IMG/VR virus record: IMGVR_UViG_3300009506_000033
Coordinates: 1-59,895 of that record
Length of the DNA stretch: 59,895 nucleotides
Strand: one strand, 5' to 3'
Source: a virus
Taxonomy: Duplodnaviria; Caudoviricetes
The stretch's first letter is position 1, and each line of letters starts with the position of its first letter. This document shows positions 45,348-54,880 of the stretch, piece after piece. The notes beneath the pieces were generated by a model. The model did not search any database, was not told the DNA's origin, and worked only from the letters and a program-made list of their open reading frames with translations. The position numbers and the translations under genes were made by a program.

Positions 45348-45665
45348 TTACGCCGCAGCGATGAAGGAAATCGCCTTGGAGGTGCCAGCAAGCGTGGCCG
45401 ACAGGGTGATGGTGCCGTCGCCGTTAAACAGGATGGCCGAGCCGGTGTCCTGCGTGATGGCCACGGTGCCGCCCACGGTCTTGACCGAGTTTGCAGCGGG
45501 CATACCGTAAATCTTGTCCCACTGGATGTTGTCAGTCGTGTTCACGACCTTGACCCAGCTGGGGTTGAAGCCGAGGGTCACGGTTGCGGCAGTGCCGTCA
45601 GAGGTGAAGGAACCAGCGGAAAAGTTGGAGATGCCGCCGTTGAAGTGAGAAGGGCTTACGTTCAT
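45348..45665 (-). CDS. Putative capsid decoration/minor structural protein
   Basis: Small beta-rich protein right after the MCP; LGFNPSWVKVVN. Confidence 0.6.
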   Translation of the reverse strand: MNVSPSHFNGGISNFSAGSFTSDGTAATVTLGFNPSWVKVVNTTDNIQWDKIYGMPAANSVKTVGGTVAITQDTGSAILFNGDGTITLSATLAGTSKAISFIAAA

Positions 45666-45691
45666 GATTGACTCCTAGTTCAAATTGCGTA

Positions 45692-45715
45692 GAGAAACGG
45701 GGGCCGAAGCCCCCG
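45692..45715 (-). terminator. Terminator-like hairpin after the MCP
   Basis: Minus strand CGGGGGC-TTCG-GCCCCCG-TTTCT (UUCG tetraloop, weak U-tract). Confidence 0.7.
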
Positions 45716-45720
45716 AGTCA

Positions 45721-46701
45721 TTAGGCGGTGGCGGCGACTTCCATGCGAACCATCCATGCGTCGTTCAGGATGACCGCAGCTTGCATCGTCTTCCAGCCAG
45801 CGGTGCCGCGCTGACCCAGCGGGTCGCCGGGGGCGGCCTTCGGGTTCACGATCATCGGGGTCAGAGCGTTCTGGCCCTTCAGCGGCACGATGCCGTAGGC
45901 ATCCTTGGCGATCAGCAGCACCGGGTACACGTCGGCGAGGGTGCCGCTCGTGGAGAGCATCAAGCCTTTCGCGCCGCCAGCATCGGCGAACTGGGTGAAC
46001 AGGGTCGAGCGCAGGTAGCGCACGTCTTCGACCGCACCGATTTCGTTCTCGAACGGGGTGACAGTGCCGTACTGCTTGGTCGGGATGAACCCGGTCATGT
46101 TACGGATGTCGTTCTCGACGTCGGGGTGGGTCAGGGCGATGAACGCAGCCTCAATCGGCTGGGTGTTGTACGCCGGGGTGGAACGCAGCACCGAGGTGAT
46201 GAAGCGTGCGTTCTGACGCTTCAGGGCACGGGTGGCCTTGCGCTGGAGCGTGGTGGTGATGACGGTGTTGACGTCGGTACGCAGCGTGCCGTTGGCGTAG
46301 AACACGTTGGTGCCTGCCTTCAGGACGTTGTAGCGGATCGTCTCGACGGTCTGGGCAGCCTGTTCGCCCAGCACCTCAGTTGCCTGCTGGAGAACGGGGT
46401 CTTCGTGGGTGTCCATGACCACATCGGTCAGGCCGACGAAATCGCCGTACTGCGACAGCGTGACGGTGTAGTCGGTCACGGTCAGCGGGCTGCCAGCAGG
46501 GGTCACGCCTTCAACCAGCGGGGTCAGCGCCAGCGGCAGGGAGTTGTAGCGACGGAATTTCGCAGTCGTGGACGAGGCGTTCGGGATCGGGTAGGTCTGG
46601 CCGAACTTCTCGATGCACAGGTACGGCATACCGCGCTTGAGCATCTGGGCCACAGCGTAGGCTGCGGTGCGGGGGGAGATGTCACCATAGGTCGTAGTCA
46701 T
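45721..46701 (-). CDS. Major capsid protein, N4-gp56 family
   Basis: YGDISPRTA, KFGQ..P.P......KFRRY, EGVTP, QYG....TD, ENEIG, DPLGQRG..GWK. Confidence 0.92.
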   Translation of the reverse strand: MTTTYGDISPRTAAYAVAQMLKRGMPYLCIEKFGQTYPIPNASSTTAKFRRYNSLPLALTPLVEGVTPAGSPLTVTDYTVTLSQYGDFVGLTDVVMDTHEDPVLQQATEVLGEQAAQTVETIRYNVLKAGTNVFYANGTLRTDVNTVITTTLQRKATRALKRQNARFITSVLRSTPAYNTQPIEAAFIALTHPDVENDIRNMTGFIPTKQYGTVTPFENEIGAVEDVRYLRSTLFTQFADAGGAKGLMLSTSGTLADVYPVLLIAKDAYGIVPLKGQNALTPMIVNPKAAPGDPLGQRGTAGWKTMQAAVILNDAWMVRMEVAATA

Positions 46702-46717
46702 TTTTCGACTCCTTTAC

Positions 46718-47641
46718 TCAATGAATATTCTTCACTGCCTCATCCCATGCTGCTGCGAAGTCATTGGGGTTGGACTCCGTTGCAACTGGTGCTGTACGCC
46801 GTCCACCTGAGACGGGTTCCAGCGCTGGGGCTGCCGGGGGTGCAGTAGAAGACGTCGTCTGCGGAGTCGTCTTACCTACAGCTTGCTTATACAAGCTTAC
46901 TACCTTTATTACATCATCAATACTACCAGTGTCAAGTGTTTCTTGGTAGGCCTTTGCAACCGGTGCAGGCTGGTTGTTCATCCATGCCGTCATCGCTGCT
47001 TTGATTTGCGGGTAGTCTACAACTTTTGCCGTAATTGCGGTATCACGTTTGGTAGCGCTGGTGTCCTTGTGTTCGTTCAGCAGCGGTTGGATCATGCCGA
47101 ACAAGCTTTGCAGCACCTGCCCGACCGCAGTGTATACCTCGGTCTTCAGGTTCTCACCCATTTCCTTGCGCAACAATTCCTCTGCGGTGGCGACATCCGG
47201 CCAGTCGGCCTTGTACTCCTCGATGCGCGCGCGCTCGGCTTCTGTCAGTACAGGCTTTGCTTCGGCTGCTGGAGGTTGCTCTGCCGCAGGCGGCTCTGCC
47301 GGGGGTTCCGTCTGCTGCTTCTTCCACTCGGCCTCAGCAGCGCGCAGACGCGCGAGTTCAGCGGCGTCGTCGCCGGATAGTGCGGTCGCGGGCTCAGATG
47401 GTTCGGCGGGAGCTGCAACAATGGGCTCAGCAGGTGGTTCGGCTGAAGATTCCGCTGAAGGCTCGGGAGCTGCAACGACAGGCTCGGCAGCCGGTTCACC
47501 GCCTTCGACAACGACAACAGGCTCGGCAGCCGGTTCAACAACAGGTTCAGCAGGCGTGGCCGGAGCCGCTTCCGCGTTCGTGGCTTCAGTAAATGCGTCA
47601 TCGAATGACATCTCCTCGCCGTTGTTTCCGTCTGCGGGCAT
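46718..47641 (-). CDS. Capsid scaffolding protein
   Basis: Acidic Pro/Ala/Glu-rich protein between portal and MCP; C-terminal DFAAAWDEA. Confidence 0.75.
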   Translation of the reverse strand: MPADGNNGEEMSFDDAFTEATNAEAAPATPAEPVVEPAAEPVVVVEGGEPAAEPVVAAPEPSAESSAEPPAEPIVAAPAEPSEPATALSGDDAAELARLRAAEAEWKKQQTEPPAEPPAAEQPPAAEAKPVLTEAERARIEEYKADWPDVATAEELLRKEMGENLKTEVYTAVGQVLQSLFGMIQPLLNEHKDTSATKRDTAITAKVVDYPQIKAAMTAWMNNQPAPVAKAYQETLDTGSIDDVIKVVSLYKQAVGKTTPQTTSSTAPPAAPALEPVSGGRRTAPVATESNPNDFAAAWDEAVKNIH

Positions 47642-47652
47642 TGCGTTCTCCT

Positions 47653-47895
47653 TTACTTGGATTCACCAGTTGCGACTGGTTTCATAATGGCGTCAATCAT
47701 ACGTTGATACGCCGCATACTCACCTTGGTACGTCTTCAATTCGTCAGGCGCACACTTGGTCATCAACCTCAGGCTACGCTGTTGCTGCATCATAGCGTAC
47801 TCCACGGCTTTTGATAGCCCATCTGCATGGCGCATATCATACATCGCCCTGCGAAGCTCAACCTCATCCTGCCGGTTGGTGTCCGGTAGCATCAT
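47653..47895 (-). CDS. Small protein downstream of the portal
   Basis: YQGE..AY..M motif; typical position. Confidence 0.65.
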   Translation of the reverse strand: MMLPDTNRQDEVELRRAMYDMRHADGLSKAVEYAMMQQQRSLRLMTKCAPDELKTYQGEYAAYQRMIDAIMKPVATGESK

Positions 47896-49933
47896 TTAAC
47901 ATACTCCCTACTGTACTGTACGTGTCAGTCATGGTGCGCTGTTGATCGGTCTGTATCGAAGCTTCGGTCTTGTCGGCCTGTGCCTGATTGCGCGCCGTCT
48001 TGCTCAGGATTTCCTTCAGGCCTGCCTGCTGCAACATATCGTGCAGCTGCTTGTCCTGCGCCATCTGCTGCTGCTCGGCAGCGGTTTCGGCGTCGACCTG
48101 ATCTTGGTCTTTCAGGATGTCGGTGCCGAGGTCACGCACAATCAGCCGCTCCTTCAGCAATTCGCGGCCCTTGACGAGCTTGCGGTCTTCGGGGGACATC
48201 GTGTAGGCCAGCTGGTCGAGTGCCTGCGCGCGGATTTCCTTGGCCATCAGTGAGGTGGAGCCGCGCGCGATAGGCTGGAAGTCGCCCCGGATTTCCGGGT
48301 CGTCGTTGAACAGCATATTCCACTCGATCATCGCGTTGATGACCGATTCAGTGAAGCGGTCGAAGTTGCGCACGATGTCGCGGGTCGGGAGCGCTGCTGC
48401 GCCGAGCAGCATACTGGTGCCCTGTGCCGTGCGGAATGCTTCTTTGCCGGAGCCGGACGACGCGACGTTGCCCACGGACTGGGGCGGCGAAACTGTTTCC
48501 TCGTCGGCCAGCGACTTGAACATGGAGAAGATTGAAGTCAGCTCGGTGATGTGCGAGTCGATCCGAATCTCGCGCACCGCCGGGTGGTTCGCCTCCGCGC
48601 CGATGCCTTCGCGGTAGTACACCTTGCGCGCGTGCGGGCTCAGCTGCTGCCCCGGCATCAGGAGTTCTTGGTTCATCTCCAGTATCGGGCCGCAGACGAC
48701 CGAGGCGTTGTCGAGCAGCATCCGGGTTGCAGCACAGGCAGCCATCTGGGAATCGCGCATGACGTTCGGCAAACCCTCACCGGTCAGGCTGGCGTCGTCT
48801 TCCTCGAACACGAACTGGTGGAACAGGCTGATGCGCCCTTTGAACGGGTTGATCGCAGCCTTGATGACGACGTTGCCAATGATCCAGATGCTGGCCTCGA
48901 TCATCTTGTCAGTGTCGGCGTCGGCAATGGTCTGGCCTGCTGCACGCAGCTCGGAGCCTTTGACCCGGCCCCACCACTCCAGCAGCTCGTACTTTGAGGT
49001 GGTGCCGGTGTCGACGTTCTGCCGGTCGGCGCTGTCCGTGCGCAGCTCAACCTCGTAGGCCTTTTCCTGCCAGTTCCCGTCGGGGTTGTCCTTCAGGTAC
49101 TTGCGGATGCGCGTACCCATGAAGTCGCCCCGGTCGACCAGATCGAGGACGTTATGGTAGTCCATGACGTGGCGCTGGAACTGACCGCTCATCGTTTCCC
49201 ACGTCTTCGCCGTCAGGTCGGGGTAGTAATCCCACAGCGGGACGAACTCGAAGATTGGGCGGTAGATGATCCGCTCAATGGCGACATACCTGCCGGTTGC
49301 GTCCTGCGTCCATTTGCGCGATTTCGACTTGCGGTTGAACGGCCCCTTGAGCACGCCTGCGCCGTACCGGACGCCTGAGCGCACCACACTGCGCACCAGT
49401 TCCTCGTATTTCGACTCGAACAGCTGGTCGGTGATGGTGTCGTCGAGACGCTGCATACGCTTCTTGGCGAACTCGATGACAGCTTTCTCGATAACGTCGG
49501 AGTCGAGCGGCTGGGCGGGAGGGGGCTGCTGGCCCTGCTGTATGGCCTGCTGCTGCATCTGCTGCTGCTGCTGATTTTGCAGGGTGTCGAGGACGGTTTG
49601 CAGGTCTTCGGTGGAAATGTCGGGGACGGGGCTGACCTTCAAACCCCAGTTCTTCTCGTTCTGGGGAAACAGCATATCCATCAGGCGGGACACCATCGTT
49701 ACGACCTTGATGCGCGTCAGTTTCGGATAGGCTTTAGACTGGTCATCAGGGATGTTTACGTCGGCGTCGTACACGCCCTTGTACTGGCGATAGTTCTTCG
49801 CCCACTGAATTTCGACGGTCTTGCGGTCTTTCTCGAATTTGGAAAAGCTGTCGCTGAGGCGCTGCCCCAGTGCATCGAGCACTTCAATACTCAGCGTCGG
49901 CTCAAGCGTTACTGTCGACTGTGGCTCATCCAT
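47864..49933 (-). CDS. Portal protein
   Basis: 689 aa after TerL; YG.GVLKGP, YPD, G.G.P..MRDSQ, RTA.G.SML. Confidence 0.85.
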   Translation of the reverse strand: MDEPQSTVTLEPTLSIEVLDALGQRLSDSFSKFEKDRKTVEIQWAKNYRQYKGVYDADVNIPDDQSKAYPKLTRIKVVTMVSRLMDMLFPQNEKNWGLKVSPVPDISTEDLQTVLDTLQNQQQQQMQQQAIQQGQQPPPAQPLDSDVIEKAVIEFAKKRMQRLDDTITDQLFESKYEELVRSVVRSGVRYGAGVLKGPFNRKSKSRKWTQDATGRYVAIERIIYRPIFEFVPLWDYYPDLTAKTWETMSGQFQRHVMDYHNVLDLVDRGDFMGTRIRKYLKDNPDGNWQEKAYEVELRTDSADRQNVDTGTTSKYELLEWWGRVKGSELRAAGQTIADADTDKMIEASIWIIGNVVIKAAINPFKGRISLFHQFVFEEDDASLTGEGLPNVMRDSQMAACAATRMLLDNASVVCGPILEMNQELLMPGQQLSPHARKVYYREGIGAEANHPAVREIRIDSHITELTSIFSMFKSLADEETVSPPQSVGNVASSGSGKEAFRTAQGTSMLLGAAALPTRDIVRNFDRFTESVINAMIEWNMLFNDDPEIRGDFQPIARGSTSLMAKEIRAQALDQLAYTMSPEDRKLVKGRELLKERLIVRDLGTDILKDQDQVDAETAAEQQQMAQDKQLHDMLQQAGLKEILSKTARNQAQADKTEASIQTDQQRTMTDTYSTVGSMLNDATGHQPAG

Positions 49934-49935
49934 AA

Positions 49936-51357
49936 TCAGTACCCCATAGTCCTGTCAGCGGGCTTATACGTAACGAAGTCGAACTTCTGTTCTCGTCTCC
50001 GAGCAGCACGCTCAGCTCCGCGCTCAATATACATCACGCCGTATTGTAGTGCATCATGCACGTGTGAATACTCATTTTTCGCAGGTTCTGCATCCGTGTT
50101 CGCTTTACGCTTAGCATAACAGTATCGCCCATCAAACCCTCTGAGTAGTGTTGAGCACTCCTTGTTGACGAGGAATCCGGCCCCTGTCTCGACCATGCGC
50201 ATCAGCACGTTCTCGACTGCGCCGAGGCGCGCGGGCAAACGGTTGGTGTGGGCGGGCAGGAACTTGAATCCGGCGGTGCGGAACACGTCGACGACCGATT
50301 TTTCGTCTGACTGGGCACGCGTCACCGAGGCTGGATCGCCGACGACGATGATGCTGCACTCGCGGTAGCCTCCGTTGTTCAATACCGGGTTCAATTTGGT
50401 GGTGATGAACCGCTGCGCGCCCATTGTGGTGCCAAATGGCGTTACGACTTCGCTCAGGACGATGATCTGCCCATGTAAATCCTGCTGCATCAGCACGGCG
50501 GCGGGGGTCAGGCCCGCGTCGAACCCGATTATCAGGTCGAGTTTCGCGTTGGGTCGGTAAATCGCTTTCGCCACGTGCAGACTGGGCGTGTACATGGGGT
50601 AAACCGGCTCTCCGGCGACGCTCCAGCCCCATGCAACCTCGATGAACTGCTTGACCCAGCGCTCGGACTTACCCTCGGCCTGCGAGTTGTAATACGCCGC
50701 GCCGCCGGGTAGGTTCTTGAGGTTCTCGGCCTGCGGCGAAAACCCGCTTGGCTGCTTGAAATAGAAGCAGTTAAGCGGTTTCTTGTCGGTTTCGAGGAAC
50801 TCGTACCACCAGTCGTCCTCGTTGCCGGGGTTGGAAGCACCCCACATCCCCCAGTTCGTCGCCCCGCCGTCCACGGCTGCCGGGTAACGACCGCAACGAG
50901 CCGCCAGCGCTTCGACAATCTCCTGCGGTATCTGCACGAATTCGTCGAGAATGGCGAACGTGACCTCCAGCGACAGCACCCGCGCCACGTCGTCAGCGGT
51001 ATCCAGCGGCCTGAACAGCACTTCGCACTCGACGTCGTCGTAGCGCAGCACGAATTTGTTTTCGCTGGCCCGCCACGTCCCGGCCTCGCCATCCTTGAGC
51101 CACGTCATGAACGACGGAATCGTGGTGTCTTTCAGCTGCGGAAACGTGTTCCGCACGATCACCGCGCGGGAGCGGCGCACCCCGTCGCGCGTCGACGGCT
51201 TCTGCAACGACGCCATGTGCAGCAGCTTGAAGATGTTGCCCACGGTCTTGCCGGAGCCTACCGGCCCGATGATGAAGTCGTAGAAGAACTCACCCGGCCT
51301 GTAGGCCTTGATGAATTCCTTGACGGTCGGTGCTGGCGTGTAGTCGATTGTGCTCAT
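49936..51357 (-). CDS. terL: Terminase large subunit
   Basis: Walker A GPVGSGKT, VRNT.PQL, Walker B ILDEF, nuclease GFDAGLTPA, GDP, SHVHDALQY. Confidence 0.93.
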   Translation of the reverse strand: MSTIDYTPAPTVKEFIKAYRPGEFFYDFIIGPVGSGKTVGNIFKLLHMASLQKPSTRDGVRRSRAVIVRNTFPQLKDTTIPSFMTWLKDGEAGTWRASENKFVLRYDDVECEVLFRPLDTADDVARVLSLEVTFAILDEFVQIPQEIVEALAARCGRYPAAVDGGATNWGMWGASNPGNEDDWWYEFLETDKKPLNCFYFKQPSGFSPQAENLKNLPGGAAYYNSQAEGKSERWVKQFIEVAWGWSVAGEPVYPMYTPSLHVAKAIYRPNAKLDLIIGFDAGLTPAAVLMQQDLHGQIIVLSEVVTPFGTTMGAQRFITTKLNPVLNNGGYRECSIIVVGDPASVTRAQSDEKSVVDVFRTAGFKFLPAHTNRLPARLGAVENVLMRMVETGAGFLVNKECSTLLRGFDGRYCYAKRKANTDAEPAKNEYSHVHDALQYGVMYIERGAERAARRREQKFDFVTYKPADRTMGY

Positions 51358-52382
51358 TATGGCAGGCCTGCGAGATTACCGTGCGAGTCGTAAAAACCAT
51401 ACCCATGAGAGCCATTCATGAATATCGTGTATGTGCTGCCCTCCCAACGATACACGTAGAGTCCATAGGGTGTAATGGTTACACGATAGCTGCATGGGCC
51501 TCCGTAAGAGCCGCCATCGGAGTATGCGACGAATGGCCCAGCGTTTTCGCGTGCGTAGTACACATCTCCTGAGCCGCCCTGATTCGGGAACATGATCCCC
51601 GTTGACTGGTACATCTGCCGTACCATGCGGCAATCCGATGGGCCTACATTATCCGGGTAGTCAACAGTATACGTACCTTCTGCGAACGGGTGCACACCGC
51701 CCGGGTCGTCAAGCACTCGTGACCCCATATGTGTCCAAGCTCCATGACCTGCATACGTGCTACATGGATCAGTGCCGTTGTAAGCCCACCCGCCCCAGTA
51801 GACGCTGTCAGGTAAATCAGGGCACCGGTTTTTCGGAAACCAACTGTTCCATACGTTTATGATGGTCTTTGCTGCCGACCAGTTCTGTGTGGTCGGTACG
51901 GTGTACAGTGCCGTCCACTGCCGCGACAGGCAAATCGGAAACCCGCCCAACTGAGAACCTACAAGGCAGATGGAATCCCATGTCCAGTCGTTGGCTGTGC
52001 TGAAGCGGAAACCGAAGGTGTACGGCTCCGGCTCGTGACTCTCATCGTCATCGGTTTTGTACTCGAACTCGTCCGGTTTCCACTCCTCACTCGGGAACTC
52101 CGGGGTGGGTATTGATGGCTGCGTGGTGGTTGGGGTTTCATTGCTCAGGCCACCAAAACTCGAAGGGATGCTGATCGTGATTTCGCTCTGCCCGAACCGG
52201 TGTGCGGCGGTGACGGTGCGGCCATCGGGGAGAGTCTTTTTCAGTGCGTACTGCTCCAGTCCGTGGTAGCCCATCTGCTCACGCACGTAACCCAGCAGCT
52301 TCCTGCCGTAGTCGATGAGCTGCTTCGCGGCGGCGTGGTCGCCATGAAAGCGGAAGCGTACCTCCTCGGTATCGCGCGCCAT
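51357..52382 (-). CDS. Hypothetical two-domain protein inserted between TerS and TerL
   Basis: 341 aa, tightly coupled at both ends; Trp/Tyr/Gly/Cys-rich C-terminal domain. Confidence 0.7.
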   Translation of the reverse strand: MARDTEEVRFRFHGDHAAAKQLIDYGRKLLGYVREQMGYHGLEQYALKKTLPDGRTVTAAHRFGQSEITISIPSSFGGLSNETPTTTQPSIPTPEFPSEEWKPDEFEYKTDDDESHEPEPYTFGFRFSTANDWTWDSICLVGSQLGGFPICLSRQWTALYTVPTTQNWSAAKTIINVWNSWFPKNRCPDLPDSVYWGGWAYNGTDPCSTYAGHGAWTHMGSRVLDDPGGVHPFAEGTYTVDYPDNVGPSDCRMVRQMYQSTGIMFPNQGGSGDVYYARENAGPFVAYSDGGSYGGPCSYRVTITPYGLYVYRWEGSTYTIFMNGSHGYGFYDSHGNLAGLP

Positions 52383-52383
52383 G

Positions 52384-52818
52384 TCAGCCCAGATTGATGT
52401 TGATGTGCAGCCCGCTGACCGCTTCGCTCTGCTTTTCCTTGGGTTCCAGATTGCCCACCTTGGCTTGCCACTTGATGAGGTCGGCGCGCACGGATGCCGG
52501 GGTGTTGGGGTCGAGGCTCATGCGGAACACTTCGGGGAGCAGTGCTTCAGCCTGCAACGCGGCCTTGATGCGGAAGGTGACACCCTTCTCCTTGAGTTCG
52601 GCCATGTAGCGTTCGACTGCCTGCTGGAACGGGTGGTATTCCTTGAGGGTGTAATACTGGTCGGAGGTCAGGCCGTATTCGGCAGCCACGGTGACAGGGT
52701 CTTCCAGACCAAGCGCGATGTCATACGCCATTCGCGGATCGAACGGGATAACAGCATTCTGGTTGAGGGTGAGTGAGTTCATAGATGGATGTGTAGCAGG
52801 TAATGCTGTGGTGGTCAA
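52384..52818 (-). CDS. Putative terminase small subunit
   Basis: Helical 144-aa protein upstream of TerL with C-terminal beta strand LHININLG. Confidence 0.65.
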   Translation of the reverse strand: MTTTALPATHPSMNSLTLNQNAVIPFDPRMAYDIALGLEDPVTVAAEYGLTSDQYYTLKEYHPFQQAVERYMAELKEKGVTFRIKAALQAEALLPEVFRMSLDPNTPASVRADLIKWQAKVGNLEPKEKQSEAVSGLHININLG

Positions 52819-53024
52819 GCTTCTCCGGGGTCATCACTGCTTACACGCCAGAATATGATGTGGCTGTAGTAGCTGCGAAGCTGGTTCATGAGAGCGTTGA
52901 CTTCATCCAGATAACGCGATTCCCAGTCGTCACCTGTTTCCTCGTCTATGACGAAGCCTATGGTGTGACCGTTATCCCATGCGATACGGTATCGAGGGGG
53001 GAACTGTAGGATAGTTGCACTCAT
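52815..53024 (-). CDS. Hypothetical protein, first gene of the late arm
   Basis: ORF overlapping the TerS start. Confidence 0.55.
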   Translation of the reverse strand: MSATILQFPPRYRIAWDNGHTIGFVIDEETGDDWESRYLDEVNALMNQLRSYYSHIIFWRVSSDDPGEA

Positions 53025-53194
53025 GGAGTAAACATAGCACGGGTTCGGGGGTGTGTGGTGCTGTTACACTTTTTGGAATAGGTCACAAAAATTATGTGTG
53101 ATGTGGATATTTAAAACACCTATCCCTCCCTCCCCCCTGCCCCCCTCGTCCTCCCCAGCACTACCCCATAGCGTATATATAGCATCCCTATAGG

Positions 53195-53203
53195 TGCTAT
53201 AAT
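53195..53203 (+). promoter_or_regulatory. Extended -10 promoter TGcTATAAT for the early arm
   Basis: Consensus TGnTATAAT ~70 bp upstream of ATG 53272. Confidence 0.65.
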
Positions 53204-53225
53204 GTAATTAGTACGGCAGGCATTC

Positions 53226-53243
53226 AGTTTGTACGTACAAACT
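53226..53243. promoter_or_regulatory. Palindrome AGTTTGTACGTACAAACT (representative of 8 copies)
   Basis: Other copies at 6110-6127, 54243-54260, 55386-55403, 56830-56847, 57366-57383, 58606-58623, 59106-59123. Confidence 0.8.
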
Positions 53244-53246
53244 CCC

Positions 53247-53257
53247 AATCACTTAAT
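53247..53257 (+). promoter_or_regulatory. AATCACTTAAT pre-RBS box (representative of 10 copies)
   Basis: Other copies at 518, 4477, 54665, 55414, 55971, 56882, 57392, 58350, 59156. Confidence 0.75.
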
Positions 53258-53271
53258 CAAGGAGCATTACC

Positions 53272-53898
53272 ATGAAAGAGCAAATCAAACGCACCGTTAC
53301 CTTCATCAACGAAGCCCGTCAGATTGTCGCGGGTGAGCAGGCACGCGCCACGTCGCAATTCGAGCAGGCGCGCACCATTGCCACCGCGCGCCAAGCTGAC
53401 ATTCTGGCTATGGGTGACAAGCCCGCACGCGACGCGATCCGCGCCGACGTCAAGCAGGCGTTCTCGGATGCAGGCTATCCCGAGAGCACGGCAAAGCACG
53501 CTGCCACGGTCTGGGCTGCCGTCATCCATGCGCTTGCCACGGGTGCGACAATGCCCGAGCACGCCGCCAACATTCAGGCGGTTTATCGCTGGATGACGGA
53601 AAACAAGCCGAAAGACGGCAAGCAGGGGGGACGCCCGGCCGCCGCCAAGACTGCCGACAGCTTCAAAGGCGACCAAGCCCACGCTGCCGAGCACATGGCG
53701 AAACTGAATGCCCCGCAGCGTGGCGAGTATGCCCACCGCACGCTATCCGCCGTGGCGGAAAGCCTGAAAGACGGCACAGTATCAAACACCATGCTGGCTG
53801 CCGCTCTAGAGTTCGCCATGCAGTACCCGGAGGCTGTACTCGAACTAGCCAAGGCGCAAGGCGTGCTGAAAACCGCCAGCCGTCGCAAAGCGGCCTAA
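53272..53898 (+). CDS. First early gene; Ala-rich helical hypothetical protein
   Basis: Has its own promoter, AAGGAG SD and terminator. Confidence 0.8.
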   Translation: MKEQIKRTVTFINEARQIVAGEQARATSQFEQARTIATARQADILAMGDKPARDAIRADVKQAFSDAGYPESTAKHAATVWAAVIHALATGATMPEHAANIQAVYRWMTENKPKDGKQGGRPAAAKTADSFKGDQAHAAEHMAKLNAPQRGEYAHRTLSAVAESLKDGTVSNTMLAAALEFAMQYPEAVLELAKAQGVLKTASRRKAA

Positions 53899-53915
53899 AC
53901 CCTCAACCATCACAC

Positions 53916-53940
53916 GCCCGGCGCAAGCCGGGCTTTTTTT
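53916..53940 (+). terminator. Rho-independent terminator
   Basis: GCCCGGC-GCAA-GCCGGGC-TTTTTTT. Confidence 0.9.
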
Positions 53941-53956
53941 CGCCCGGAGAAAAGAC

Positions 53957-54244
53957 ATGAAATCAGCCCTTGAACTTGCACTGCTTGAAGCCTTGAAAGG
54001 CCAGCCCATAGGCACGCTCAAAAAGCAGCTTAGTACCGCGCAGCGTGCGTCGCCTGCGGCACTGCCAGCCGTGCAGCCCGCACGCATCAAGCCACGTGAT
54101 GCCGAAGCACGGCACGCCCGCTTTATGAAGGGCTTTCACCTGCCCGGCTTCAAGCACAAGGCACAGACGGAAACAATACGTGACAGGGTACAGCCGTTCC
54201 TAGTGCGTGGCATCCATGCAAAGCATGGACTACCTGAATGGTAG
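53957..54244 (+). CDS. Basic hypothetical protein
   Basis: GGAG SD; its TAG stop overlaps the palindrome. Confidence 0.55.
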   Translation: MKSALELALLEALKGQPIGTLKKQLSTAQRASPAALPAVQPARIKPRDAEARHARFMKGFHLPGFKHKAQTETIRDRVQPFLVRGIHAKHGLPEW

Positions 54245-54812
54245 TTTGTATGTACAAACTCATGCTGTATGGTTGTGTGGGGTAGGTATGTTAGCCCCTC
54301 GCGCAGCCCAATATCCACGGGGCTTTGCAGATGGGTTACCTTTATAGGTCTAATTGGTATCCCCTGCGTTTACAACCTTTCTTATCCACCGTTCGAGATT
54401 GGGGGTTTTAGATGTGCGTGTTGAATCCACTGTATGCCTTGCTGGGCTTGGGTTTGCGGGGTGTGGGTCGTCCATCGTGTTATAATGTATATGAGTGTAA
54501 GAGTAATAATATAATAATAATGAAACGACTCGGCGGATTTTTGACCCCCACACACACGATGGATGCTGTGCCCAACCACACACCCCATGAAAAAAGTGGC
54601 AGCTTGAGTTTTTTTTCGACTCTTGTACTCGTATCAGTTATCAACTTTAATGTATGCCCGCCCCAATCACTTAATCCACGCCACATTCAAGCGGGGCTTG
54701 TGGCTATTTTCGTGCGGAGTTTACACCGGACAGAATCGCAACACGTATCAATTAGAGCAACTTGAAAGATTAAAAACGATTCAGTTTGAATAATGTTGAC
54801 GTTTTACCGTGC

Positions 54813-54841
54813 TTGACACCGTGGATGTGGCAACCTAAACT
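54813..54841 (+). promoter_or_regulatory. Sigma70 promoter TTGACA-17-TAAACT
   Basis: -35 at 54813-54818, -10 at 54836-54841, upstream of ORF 54881. Confidence 0.75.
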
Positions 54842-54880
54842 GCACATCTAATGTTCAACACACATATGGAGCAACATATT

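Noticed and set aside
49520-49580. Poly-Gln tract in the portal as a contingency repeat
   Set aside because: In-frame low-complexity loop that cannot cause phase variation.
51357-52382. Diversity-generating retroelement target
   Set aside because: No reverse transcriptase and no template/variable repeat pair seen in the genome.
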